Assembly: GCA_963701085.1 (NCBI GenBank)
Contig: OY969561.1
Coordinates: 672,001-736,000 of the forward strand
From: an uncultured bacterium
GTDB lineage: Bacteria > Babelota > Babeliae > Babelales > Vermiphilaceae
Direction: 5' to 3'
DNA length: 64,000 nucleotides
A program made the position numbers and the translations under genes. Below the pieces are notes generated by a model, which saw only the letters and a list, made by a program, of their open reading frames with translations, was not told the origin of the DNA and did no database searches. This document shows positions 1 through 9,219 of the stretch, one piece after another. Numbering within the stretch: the first letter of the stretch is position 1; every line of letters begins with the position of its first letter.

Positions 1-995
1 TTGATGGATTTTTACTCGTGTATCACGAGGAAGAAGAAGGTGAAAAAGAGGATAAAATTACCCTACCAGCCGATCTTAAAGAAAAAAACAACCTTGATCT
101 GAAAAAAGTTGATCCTAAACAACACTTTACCCAACCACAACCACGATTCACCGAAGCTTCACTCGTTAAAGAGTTGGAAAAAGAAGGTATTGGGCGACCA
201 AGTACGTATGTAGCAGTACTTAACACCATCCGTGCGCGTGCATACACAACACTTGAAAAGAAAAAGTTTGTACCAACTGAACTTGGCATGCTCGTCACTG
301 ACATGCTCGTAAAAAATTTACCTGAAATTATGAATCCCAAGTTCACCGCCATGATGGAGCAAGAGCTCGATAAAATTGCCGAAGGTGATCTTGACCGTGA
401 TACGCTACTCAAAACTTTTTACACAACGTTTAAAAAAGATTTAGCTGCATTTGGTGGTGGTAAAGAAGGTAAAAAGGCAGTTGAAGTTGATATGATTTGC
501 CCACAATGCGGAAAACATAAGTTAGCAATCCGCTTTGGCAAAGCTGGTGAATTCTTAGGCTGCACTGGATATCCTGAATGTACATTCACCTCAAATTTTG
601 TACGTGATGAAAAAGGCACCATTGAACTGAAAGAAGCAGAAGCCCCACAATTACTCGACAAAAAATGCCCTCTCTGCGGCAAACCGCTCCGTCAGCTAAA
701 AGGTAAGTACGGTGATTTTATCGCCTGCTCAGGGTATCCTGAATGCAAATACGTTGAACGTAAAACATTACCCTTCCCGTGCCCACAAGATGGTGGCGAT
801 ATTATTGAACGTGCATGGCGTGGTGGCAAATTCTGGGGATGCTCCAATTATCCAAAATGTAAACTTGCAATCTTTGACCCGATTGAAGAAACTCCCTGCC
901 CACAATGCAAATGGCCGTTCTTGACTAAGAAAACAAATAAAGATGGTGAGACTACACTTATTTGTTTGAACAAAGAATGTAACTATAAATCGTAA
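1..995 (+). CDS. topA: DNA topoisomerase I, C-terminal part (5' end lies outside the window)
   Basis: Frame is open from position 3 (DGFLLVY). Contains HFTQPQPRFTEASLVKELEKEGIGRPSTY, typical of type IA topoisomerases, and several C4 zinc-ribbon repeats (CPQCG...GCTGYPEC). Confidence 0.97.
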   Translation, partial: DGFLLVYHEEEEGEKEDKITLPADLKEKNNLDLKKVDPKQHFTQPQPRFTEASLVKELEKEGIGRPSTYVAVLNTIRARAYTTLEKKKFVPTELGMLVTDMLVKNLPEIMNPKFTAMMEQELDKIAEGDLDRDTLLKTFYTTFKKDLAAFGGGKEGKKAVEVDMICPQCGKHKLAIRFGKAGEFLGCTGYPECTFTSNFVRDEKGTIELKEAEAPQLLDKKCPLCGKPLRQLKGKYGDFIACSGYPECKYVERKTLPFPCPQDGGDIIERAWRGGKFWGCSNYPKCKLAIFDPIEETPCPQCKWPFLTKKTNKDGETTLICLNKECNYKS

Positions 996-1003
996 ATAAA
1001 AAA

Positions 1004-1036
1004 TGGATAGATAGTGATTTGAATTGCTATCTATCC
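1004..1036. terminator. Hairpin between convergent topA and hypothetical gene
   Basis: ggatagatag...ctatctatcc inverted repeat preceded by an A-run. Confidence 0.6.
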
Positions 1037-1048
1037 TCCTTATAAGGC

Positions 1049-1609
1049 TTATTCTCCTTTATAGGGCTTACTAAAATTAATCATTGATAACGGTTTAAGA
1101 ATTGCTTCTTCCGTTGGATTTAGTTTTGCCCCCATACGCTCAAGATTCTCTGTTATTCTCTTGATTCCCAAAACTAAACAATTTCCCCATTTATTCGTAT
1201 AAGCCATCAAAAGAAAAGTCTTCCAAAGACCCAAAATTGAATCTGGATTTCCTGTGCTTATACTGAGGCCCGACATGATAGTACCTTCATTGATAATATC
1301 TTTATATTGCTTCATCCATTCATCATAACTTTGAACCAATTTAGTCATCTCAGATTCATTGGATGATCCTTCACTAAGATCAATTTTTCTTATTTTGTCA
1401 TAGTATAATCCAAAGCCATGGAACATCTGGCGAACACGAGCACGAGGAATCAATGATTGTATCCAGTTAGGAAGATAGTCCGTAAAATAGGTCGAGCTCC
1501 ACCATCTTTGCAAATTTCCTTGTGGCACTCCTCCCACATTCATTTGCATTGACATGCAACTAGCAAAGCATACAGCTACCAATAAAACCTGCCCCCTTAG
1601 AAACTTCAT
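1049..1609 (-). CDS. Hypothetical exported protein
   Basis: 186 aa, GGAGG Shine-Dalgarno upstream, signal peptide ending SCMS-MQ. Confidence 0.75.
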   Translation of the reverse strand: MKFLRGQVLLVAVCFASCMSMQMNVGGVPQGNLQRWWSSTYFTDYLPNWIQSLIPRARVRQMFHGFGLYYDKIRKIDLSEGSSNESEMTKLVQSYDEWMKQYKDIINEGTIMSGLSISTGNPDSILGLWKTFLLMAYTNKWGNCLVLGIKRITENLERMGAKLNPTEEAILKPLSMINFSKPYKGE

Positions 1610-1724
1610 AAAAACCTCCTTTTAAATAACCACAACACTACTCATCATTTTCTATTATAAATTAATAAGAAGGGCAAAAACAAGAATTAGAATAATCATA
1701 AGTAAAAAAAGCTTATTATTGACT

Positions 1725-1773
1725 AAAAAAGTCTGCAATTTGGAAGCGATCGTTCCAAATTGCAGACTTTTTT
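1725..1773. terminator. Bidirectional intrinsic terminator
   Basis: Perfect inverted repeat aaaaaagtctgcaatttggaa / ttccaaattgcagactttttt. Confidence 0.8.
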
Positions 1774-1858
1774 TATAATGTTTTGCAATATTTGCGACAA
1801 ATTATTAAGATGATTCTTTTAGCAAAATACGTATTCTACTATCATCTGTTAACATTAC

Positions 1859-3151
1859 CTACTTGCCATACTTATGAATTTTTTTATACATCGATAGCCA
1901 CATAGCCGTCTGCATATGCTCTGGAAATGATGCCCACGTAGTATACAATTCATTATAATTACATAGCAACATTCCAGCAACACAATCCAACAATTTCTCA
2001 GATGAATCAATTTCTTTATTTGGTTTTTGCAATTGCAGCCACACATGCAACAATCTTTTTAGTAATATTTGCGGCAACGTATAATTATCATAACGAGCCC
2101 ATATACGTGCAATTTTATCAAGACCTATAATTATTTTTGTTTCTTCATTATTCCATTTTGGAAATGTAGTGTAATGTGGATAACAAGCACCACCGTAATA
2201 CCATTTTGCTATTACCTTTTTATGTATTCTATCCCATATTCGTATCTTCTGAGCACAAGTCACCGTTACTATCTCATTACCTTCTCTGTTAAAACGCGCA
2301 AAACAAATATTTGTAGGATGCTTAAGTTCCATTACTATTTTCCCATTTTTTCTATCCAAAATATAAGCTGTGGGAAAAGCACCATACACTAACAATTCTG
2401 TGCCCTGTGTATTAAAATGTGCCGATTTTCCTACAAAATTATGTACAGAGTTCAACAATTCTATTCCACTATCTCTACCCCAAACTTGCAAAACACCATT
2501 GTTTGCCATTGTTATAATTTCTGTTTCATTTTCATTAAAATATGCTGAAACAAGACGGCTTTTATTTTGAACTCTCAATAATTCTGTTCCCGTGCTCATG
2601 TCTTTTATTCGTACTGCTCCATCGAATGACCGGATCAGCGCTTCTGTTTCGGTTTTATTAAAACAAACAAAATCTCCATAAAAAGTTGCCCTTTCAGGAT
2701 TACACATTGGCACATTTTTATCCCACTCATAAATTACTACATTCTGTCTTCCCGCGCTCATTACTAACATCTTAGTACCTGCTTGATTAAATTCTGCTGC
2801 AGTAATATCAGGAGTTTCTACCCCATTGAATATCTCAGTCCCTGTGTTGCTATCCCATATACACAATTCACCTCCACCAACAGTATGTGCTTTACGTCCA
2901 GTTGTTAGCACCTCTGTACCAGCTTTATTAAAACATGCTGACTGAACTATCCCTTGATGTTCCAAATCTTTATCCACATACCACCATTGTTTATCAGAAA
3001 AATAGTGCTGCGCTATATTATGAGCAATATCTTTATGTTGAGTAAACCGATCATCAATACCAAAAAAGAAAGCCAAACTTTTACGTTCAGCTTCCATCGC
3101 AACAATCACATTACTGATGAGTAACAAAAAAATGATGTTTATATATTTCAT
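1859..3151 (-). CDS. Exported WD40/beta-propeller repeat protein (putative effector)
   Basis: Signal peptide ...IVA-ME; repeated 'SAxFNxxGTEI/L...IWD' blades; paralog of 4309..5343. Confidence 0.85.
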   Translation of the reverse strand: MKYINIIFLLLISNVIVAMEAERKSLAFFFGIDDRFTQHKDIAHNIAQHYFSDKQWWYVDKDLEHQGIVQSACFNKAGTEVLTTGRKAHTVGGGELCIWDSNTGTEIFNGVETPDITAAEFNQAGTKMLVMSAGRQNVVIYEWDKNVPMCNPERATFYGDFVCFNKTETEALIRSFDGAVRIKDMSTGTELLRVQNKSRLVSAYFNENETEIITMANNGVLQVWGRDSGIELLNSVHNFVGKSAHFNTQGTELLVYGAFPTAYILDRKNGKIVMELKHPTNICFARFNREGNEIVTVTCAQKIRIWDRIHKKVIAKWYYGGACYPHYTTFPKWNNEETKIIIGLDKIARIWARYDNYTLPQILLKRLLHVWLQLQKPNKEIDSSEKLLDCVAGMLLCNYNELYTTWASFPEHMQTAMWLSMYKKIHKYGK

Positions 3152-3169
3152 GAATTTTACTTGAAAAAA

Positions 3170-4243
3170 TTAAAATTCCAATAATTTATTGTGTTCAAGT
3201 TTATTAGTAAGAACGCTAAAAATTGTTTGTAAATTTTGCATCTTATCAAAAATAGTTGAATCATATGCTTGTTGATCGCAAAGAAAATAAAACTTTTGTA
3301 TTATTGTATGATCAGGTGTTAAACAATTAATTGAGTTAATTGTTTGTTCAAAAATATGAGGAAGCGCAACACTGGGACTTGCTCCGCTATCAATGAATTT
3401 TTGCATAATTTCTGGTAAATAAGGATGAAACTTACAACAGACAATTAATCCATCATTAAGTTCATCATTTGTGGAGTTGGCAATAAAGATATCAATAAAT
3501 CTTTGGTAGCCTCTCCCTACCAAAGCGATGTACCACTCCTTTATTGCTTTGTAGTGCAATAATAGTTTAATTTTTTCAATATTATTACCCGATAGTGCCT
3601 TATGTAAAGGAGAACTCTCTTTGCAATACACATTCGGATTTGCCCCTAATTGGAGCAATTTTCCAACAATAGCCGTGCTTCTCTTAGTATTACTTCCAAC
3701 CCAATAAGACAGAACAGTGCTTTTTTTATATTCATCAAAGTAATTAAGAAAAGCACCTTCATTAAATAATTTCTTAATTTTTTTTGGAGTAACTCTTTTA
3801 CCAAACAATGCATCGCTGAGTTGGATACATTTTTTTGCCCCAGGACTCTTGAGTGCATGCACAATGCCCAGTTCGGTTAGTTTTTCAGTTGGGTAGTATG
3901 TGACTACAATATTTTTAAGCATAGTACGAGTGGTAACAGGATCGTTTCTTTCTTTATCAAGCGCTTTATAAAATTCCCAATTGATGAAACTAATTTTACC
4001 GATAATACGTCCTGTTATTCGAGCAACATACCCAACAGAATAATGGGAATAACTGTCATCATTCTCATAATAGTTTTTAATATAATTGTGAACATTTTGA
4101 GCAAAATAATTGATCAATATTTTTCTTTTACAATCATTAGGAAAATTTTCAGGCACTGATACATCATCCTTTATTTTTTCCATGCCAACAACAGGAAATG
4201 TAAAAATAATGCTACATAATAATAGCATGAATAATTTTTTCAT
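3170..4243 (-). CDS. Exported ankyrin-repeat protein
   Basis: Signal peptide ...VVG-ME; ankyrin motifs LLQLGANPN and SPLHKAL...IKLLLHY. Confidence 0.8.
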   Translation of the reverse strand: MKKLFMLLLCSIIFTFPVVGMEKIKDDVSVPENFPNDCKRKILINYFAQNVHNYIKNYYENDDSYSHYSVGYVARITGRIIGKISFINWEFYKALDKERNDPVTTRTMLKNIVVTYYPTEKLTELGIVHALKSPGAKKCIQLSDALFGKRVTPKKIKKLFNEGAFLNYFDEYKKSTVLSYWVGSNTKRSTAIVGKLLQLGANPNVYCKESSPLHKALSGNNIEKIKLLLHYKAIKEWYIALVGRGYQRFIDIFIANSTNDELNDGLIVCCKFHPYLPEIMQKFIDSGASPSVALPHIFEQTINSINCLTPDHTIIQKFYFLCDQQAYDSTIFDKMQNLQTIFSVLTNKLEHNKLLEF

Positions 4244-4308
4244 ATAATAACCAATTTTAATGTGTTTTTTGCCCCAATTTCCACTTATACGAACACATAT
4301 ATCTTTTT

Positions 4309-5343
4309 CTACTTACCATACTGCTGAATTTTTTTATGTATCGATAGCCACATAGCCGTCTGCATATGCTCTGGAAATGATGCCCATGTATTGCACAATT
4401 CATCTCGGTTGCAACAGAGCAATCCAGCAACACAATCCAACAATTTCTCAGATGAATCAATTTCTTTACTTGGTTTTTTCACCTGCAGCCACACATGCAA
4501 CAATTTTTTTAGTAATATTTGCGGCAAATTATCCGTGTGATACTTTGCCAAAATTTGTATCTTGCCATCATCCGTTGCAACAACTATTTCCGTTCCCATT
4601 TCATTAAACCATGCTGATCTAACACAGGTATCATACACAATGCGTAATAACTCTTTTCCAGTTTTTTTATGCCACAAGCGCATTGTACAATCATTTGATG
4701 CCGTTATTATTTCTATACTACATGGATTAAAATGTGCCGTATTCACCGAACCATCATGCACAAGAAAGAACGGCTCTACACAACTCCCATCCACACGAAC
4801 TTGATTATCACGATGTTTTATTACAAGTCCTATTCCCGTCCCATCATAAGAGGCATGCTGCCACCCCCAGAAATAAAGCTCTTGATTACTTAACTTATGA
4901 ATACGACTCAAAGAATACAATCTATTATTTGTCCATATTTCTGTATCATAAGAAGAAGATGACACAGCCTTGTTATAATCATCAGCACCGATCCGTTCCA
5001 GCTCTATTCCACTTTTTCTATCCCATACACATACAGGATAACACGTTGCATGAGTTGGCCAAGCTACTATTTCTGTACCAAACTTATTAAAATGTACATT
5101 ATAAAAACTATTTTTTTTCACGTAATGTTGGTCAGTGTAACACTGATGCTCATACTGAATCTCTTTATCCACATACCACCATTGCTTATCAGATAAATGC
5201 TGCTGCGCTATATTCTGAGCAATATCTGTATGCTGAGTAAAACGATCAATTTTAAAAGAGGAAGCCAAACTTTTACGTTCAGCTTCCATTCCAACAATCA
5301 CATTACTGGTGAATAACAAAAAAACGATGTTTATGTATTTCAT
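4309..5343 (-). CDS. Exported WD40 repeat protein (putative effector)
   Basis: Signal peptide ...IVG-ME; HDGSVNTAHFNP...TASNDCTMRLW is a canonical WD40 blade; ends nearly identical to 1859..3151. Confidence 0.85.
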   Translation of the reverse strand: MKYINIVFLLFTSNVIVGMEAERKSLASSFKIDRFTQHTDIAQNIAQQHLSDKQWWYVDKEIQYEHQCYTDQHYVKKNSFYNVHFNKFGTEIVAWPTHATCYPVCVWDRKSGIELERIGADDYNKAVSSSSYDTEIWTNNRLYSLSRIHKLSNQELYFWGWQHASYDGTGIGLVIKHRDNQVRVDGSCVEPFFLVHDGSVNTAHFNPCSIEIITASNDCTMRLWHKKTGKELLRIVYDTCVRSAWFNEMGTEIVVATDDGKIQILAKYHTDNLPQILLKKLLHVWLQVKKPSKEIDSSEKLLDCVAGLLCCNRDELCNTWASFPEHMQTAMWLSIHKKIQQYGK

Positions 5344-5346
5344 TTT

Positions 5347-7284
5347 TTATCTCAACCGCACACCATTAGCAACACTCTCAGGGAATTGAACCAACTGAAC
5401 TTTGCCATCTGCGTCTTCCGCAACTAACATCATCCCTTGCGATTCTGTTCCCGCCATTTTACGGGGTTTTAAATTAGTAATAAACAGTCCACGTTTACCA
5501 ACCAATTCAGCAGGTGTATAAAACTTTTTGATTCCGGCTAAAATAGTACGTTTGCCCTGTTGACCCAAATCAACCGTCATTTGTACGAGCTTATCTGATC
5601 CAGCAATATCGGTGCATGCTTCAATGGTACCTGTTAACAACTCAACTTTGACGACGTCATCAATGGTTATGTAATTAGTTTCTAGTGATTGTGGCGCAAT
5701 TGTATTTTCTTGTGACACTGTTTTTCCTTCTTCTGTTTCTCGTATTGGCTTATCGAATAATGTTGGAATTTTTTTCAACATAAAATGTTTATTCCAACTG
5801 TTTAACTCTAAATTTTCGAGCGTATGCTCTTCAAGTTTGAATGGTGTTCCAAGACTTTGTAACAACGCTTCCATTTTTTGCGGCATAATCGGCCACAATA
5901 ATAATGCTATCGTGCGCAAACTATGACACGTTGCTGAAATAATTTCTTTAAATAATCTGATATCAGTCTTAGCAACTTTCCATGGCTCCTGACCATGAAA
6001 ATATGCGTTTGTTACATTGATAAATTTCCACAACCTTGATAACGCATGATGAAACATATACTCATTCATATGGGTACAAAAATCTTCTATTGTATTCCAA
6101 CTTTCATCACGTAATTCTACAGCTTCCTTAGCCCACACTGAAATTGGATTGATTTCCATAACCTCATATTTTTCTGCCAATGCAGTCATACGATTAAGTA
6201 AATTACCCAAATCATTAGCAAGATCATCTTCTATACGATTTTCCACATCAGCAATATTAAAATCACCATCTTGGTTAACAGGAATTTGGCGCAACAGATA
6301 ATAACGAATTTCATCGGTGCCGTATTTTTTTTGTAATTCAATCGGATCAATTACATTACCCAATGATTTGGACATTTTTTGCTTATCAACTTTAATCCAA
6401 CCATGCACCAACAACTGTTTGGGCAATGGCAAATCTGCAGCCATCAAAAATGCTGGCCAATATACCGCATGAAAACGAATAATATCTTTACCAAGAAGAT
6501 GCACATTTGCTGGCCAACGTTTATGAAATTCATCAACTTTATTCGGCTGCCCATACCCAACACCAGTAATATAATTAGACAATGCATCAACCCATACATA
6601 CAAAGTATGGTGAGGATCATTGGGGAATGGTATACCCCATTTGACTGTTGTACGGGAAATACTTAAATCTTTTAAACCTGATCCTACAAAACTCGTAACT
6701 TCATGCGCGCGTTCTTTGGGCATGATAAAGTCAGGATTCTCTTTATAAAATGTCAGTAGTTTATCAGTAAAAGCAGACAGCTTAAAAAAATATGTTTCTT
6801 CAGAAACAATGTGTGTATCTCTGCCACATGACGGGCATTGTGGCCCCTTGATACGCTGATCCCCTTCACGAATTTCTTCTACAAAAGTCTCACATGACGT
6901 GCAATACCAACCTTCATAGATAGATTTATAAACATATCCTTTATCCATCAAGAGAGTGGTAAATTGTTGCGCTCCTTTGATGTGATATTCATCAGTTGTA
7001 CGAATAAATTTGTCATACTCAATGTCATACATCTCCCACGCGTACTTATAATCAGGAATAAAACTATCCACAAAATCTTTGGGCTCTTTGTGTGCTGCAG
7101 CAGCTGCCTGCGCTATTTTTTGCCCATGTTCATCAGTCCCTGTTAAAAAGAAGGTATCATTACCTAACAATTTATTCCAACGGGTAATAACATCGGCAAG
7201 TAATGTTGTATATAATGACCCCAAATGGGGCTTGGCGGTGACATAGTAAATGGGAGTTGTAACGTAAAAGCTATTTTTTTTCAT
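5347..7284 (-). CDS. metG: Methionine--tRNA ligase with C-terminal tRNA-binding (EMAP/Trbp) domain
   Basis: TTPIYY, HLGS (HIGH), GTDEHGQK, KMSKS, and C-terminal NLKPRKMAGTESQGM. Confidence 0.98.
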   Translation of the reverse strand: MKKNSFYVTTPIYYVTAKPHLGSLYTTLLADVITRWNKLLGNDTFFLTGTDEHGQKIAQAAAAAHKEPKDFVDSFIPDYKYAWEMYDIEYDKFIRTTDEYHIKGAQQFTTLLMDKGYVYKSIYEGWYCTSCETFVEEIREGDQRIKGPQCPSCGRDTHIVSEETYFFKLSAFTDKLLTFYKENPDFIMPKERAHEVTSFVGSGLKDLSISRTTVKWGIPFPNDPHHTLYVWVDALSNYITGVGYGQPNKVDEFHKRWPANVHLLGKDIIRFHAVYWPAFLMAADLPLPKQLLVHGWIKVDKQKMSKSLGNVIDPIELQKKYGTDEIRYYLLRQIPVNQDGDFNIADVENRIEDDLANDLGNLLNRMTALAEKYEVMEINPISVWAKEAVELRDESWNTIEDFCTHMNEYMFHHALSRLWKFINVTNAYFHGQEPWKVAKTDIRLFKEIISATCHSLRTIALLLWPIMPQKMEALLQSLGTPFKLEEHTLENLELNSWNKHFMLKKIPTLFDKPIRETEEGKTVSQENTIAPQSLETNYITIDDVVKVELLTGTIEACTDIAGSDKLVQMTVDLGQQGKRTILAGIKKFYTPAELVGKRGLFITNLKPRKMAGTESQGMMLVAEDADGKVQLVQFPESVANGVRLR

Positions 7285-8393
7285 ATCTTTTCTTGTTTTA
7301 GTTTTTCTATTTCTGCATCTTTTTCATGTACAATTTTTTCCAGAGATTCAATTCGCCTATCAAGCGCCTCGATTCTTCTACTCAATATTTTATTATAAAG
7401 ATAATTTTCAATTTCGGTAAATGTTACCAAAACATTACCATGCTTAATAAAGTGCCATGCTTCTTCAAGAGGGCTTACCAAAGAACTACCAGCCTTACTT
7501 TTATGCGTTTTTTGTTGAGCACGCAATTTAAGCTCATCAATATCAAACTTACCCGCAATCCATTCTGCCTGTTGTGGATTTTCAAAATAAATATCGATCA
7601 AATATTTAGCGATCGTTGCATATTTATGACTCAAATGCCCTATTTCATCTTGCACTTTATCAGCCTTGCGTGAAGAAAGATCAGGTGAAAGACCAGTAGC
7701 ATACAAAGAAACAAATCCTACCGCAAGAGCTCCTGCTACAGAAGCTACCGTGGGTGTCATAACCGCAGCAATCTGAGACAAGCATTCCAATTGCGTTGAA
7801 TTTGAACACTGTAATAATGCAGCAAAATTAGTAAACGGCAACAACGCCGTACCCACAATAACGGCGCCATTAATGCCAAAAACCCATGGGACAGAACGTT
7901 TAATGCGCAAAGCAGTATCAAATTTATTTTGTTGTTTTTGCGTAAAAAGAGTTTTAACCCCATTATCTTTACGAATTGTAGAAAGATACAAAAGATGATT
8001 CAACGTATCGGAATGAGAAGATAAATAAACTTCATTCTTTAAGGATAACCGAATACTTTTGAGGTCTAAATCTTTTATTGCACTAATATTTTTATTATAG
8101 TCATCCGACCAAAAATGACGCATCTCTATTGCAATATCATTTTTTTTATCATTACCATTTACCAAATCCATTGCACAAACGCTTTGAAACCAAGAAACTC
8201 CAATACACAGTGCAAAAAAACTATCCCTAATTAAAATTCCCCCCCGCGCTCGTCCTGAGCCTGTCGAAGGATATCCTCGAGCGCTCAAAGAAAACCCTTC
8301 AACAAGTTCAGGGCGAGCGCAGGAAAAAATTAGTTTAGGGATAGGTTCAAAGAAAAACAATCTATCATTATGCATAAAAGTCCCATAATACAA
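7281..8393 (-). CDS. Hypothetical exported/membrane protein with two hydrophobic helices and a C-terminal coiled coil; start uncertain
   Basis: 370-aa ORF with signal-like segment ...QSVCA-MD; its 5' end reads through a palindromic repeat; stop overlaps the metG start. Confidence 0.7.
   Translation of the reverse strand: MYYGTFMHNDRLFFFEPIPKLIFSCARPELVEGFSLSARGYPSTGSGRARGGILIRDSFFALCIGVSWFQSVCAMDLVNGNDKKNDIAIEMRHFWSDDYNKNISAIKDLDLKSIRLSLKNEVYLSSHSDTLNHLLYLSTIRKDNGVKTLFTQKQQNKFDTALRIKRSVPWVFGINGAVIVGTALLPFTNFAALLQCSNSTQLECLSQIAAVMTPTVASVAGALAVGFVSLYATGLSPDLSSRKADKVQDEIGHLSHKYATIAKYLIDIYFENPQQAEWIAGKFDIDELKLRAQQKTHKSKAGSSLVSPLEEAWHFIKHGNVLVTFTEIENYLYNKILSRRIEALDRRIESLEKIVHEKDAEIEKLKQEKI
8245..8321. 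repeat. REP-like palindromic element, family 1 (copy A)
   Basis: gcgctcgtcctgagcctgtcgaagg...ccttcaacaagttcagggcgagcgc; closely similar to the copy at 39256. Confidence 0.85.
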
Positions 8394-8442
8394 AAAAGCC
8401 CCTTTTATAAAAAAGGGTACGCGCTACCGCATTTATTGTCAA

Positions 8443-8486
8443 AAAAAAGGCGAGACATAACCTTTTGAGCTATGCCTCGCCTTTTA
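8443..8486 (-). terminator. Intrinsic terminator downstream of the three-gene envelope operon
   Basis: aaaaggcgag...ctcgcctttt hairpin with flanking A/T runs. Confidence 0.7.
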
Positions 8487-8524
8487 AAATTTAAAAAATA
8501 GTATCGTGTTATACTATTTTTCTA

Positions 8525-9193
8525 TTAAGTACACGTACAATTAAATATACTCGTCACCAGAACAAGAATCTGAGCAAGTACTGCATCAGTAGTTGAGCAA
8601 CATACCGCAGTTTGATCTATTTGTGATACAATCAAAGCGTTTGTCACTGAGCAACATGCCGCAGCTGCGTCAATTTGAGTTAAAATCAAACTTTCAGTAA
8701 CTGAACAACATGCCGCAGCTGCGTCTGTTTGAGACAAAATCAAACTCTCAACAACTGAAAACCCATCTTCGACTTGATCTTCAACTTCATCAATTTCATG
8801 ACGCAATTTTTTACAACATTTTTCTGCTTCATGTCCTTGATGGCGCACTTGTTGATTAGTATTAACACAACAATTAAACAATGCTTGTAACTTATCATTC
8901 AAATCACATGCACCGTTTTCATCAGGGCATGAAAAACAAAGATTGCATGGATCTTCCAATGCTTCTCGTGCCGCACGAGCTGTAGGAACATCATCCAATT
9001 CCACTGCACGTGAAGCTGGTTTACCTGCCGCGATTAATGCTGCTTGAGCATCTTTAATTGATTGCTTGATAGCTGCATTTGCCGCACAAGGACCACATAC
9101 AGCAAATACTGCTGAACTGAAACCCATTGCAACAACAACAGTTGCTAATAAAACTGTTTTTTTGTAGCGAGTTATTATGTTATTCATCTTCAT
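8525..9193 (-). CDS. Exported cysteine-rich protein with 18-aa CC-containing repeats
   Basis: Signal peptide ...AVFA; repeats of (S/A)LIxxQxDAAAACCSVT; many Cys and Cys-Cys pairs. Confidence 0.85.
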   Translation of the reverse strand: MKMNNIITRYKKTVLLATVVVAMGFSSAVFAVCGPCAANAAIKQSIKDAQAALIAAGKPASRAVELDDVPTARAAREALEDPCNLCFSCPDENGACDLNDKLQALFNCCVNTNQQVRHQGHEAEKCCKKLRHEIDEVEDQVEDGFSVVESLILSQTDAAAACCSVTESLILTQIDAAAACCSVTNALIVSQIDQTAVCCSTTDAVLAQILVLVTSIFNCTCT

Positions 9194-9219
9194 TACCTTT
9201 CTTAAAAAAATAACTTTTT

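Noticed and set aside
23-682. Short antisense ORFs within topA, and similar ones inside metG, gltX, cysK, tmk, fadD and PBP1A
   Set aside because: Fully overlap well-supported genes and show no recognisable motifs.
1610-1858. Possible tRNA or structured ncRNA in this and other longer spacers (23316-23509, 39951-40173)
   Set aside because: Only simple hairpins or AT-rich promoter-like DNA; no cloverleaf or riboswitch consensus recognised.
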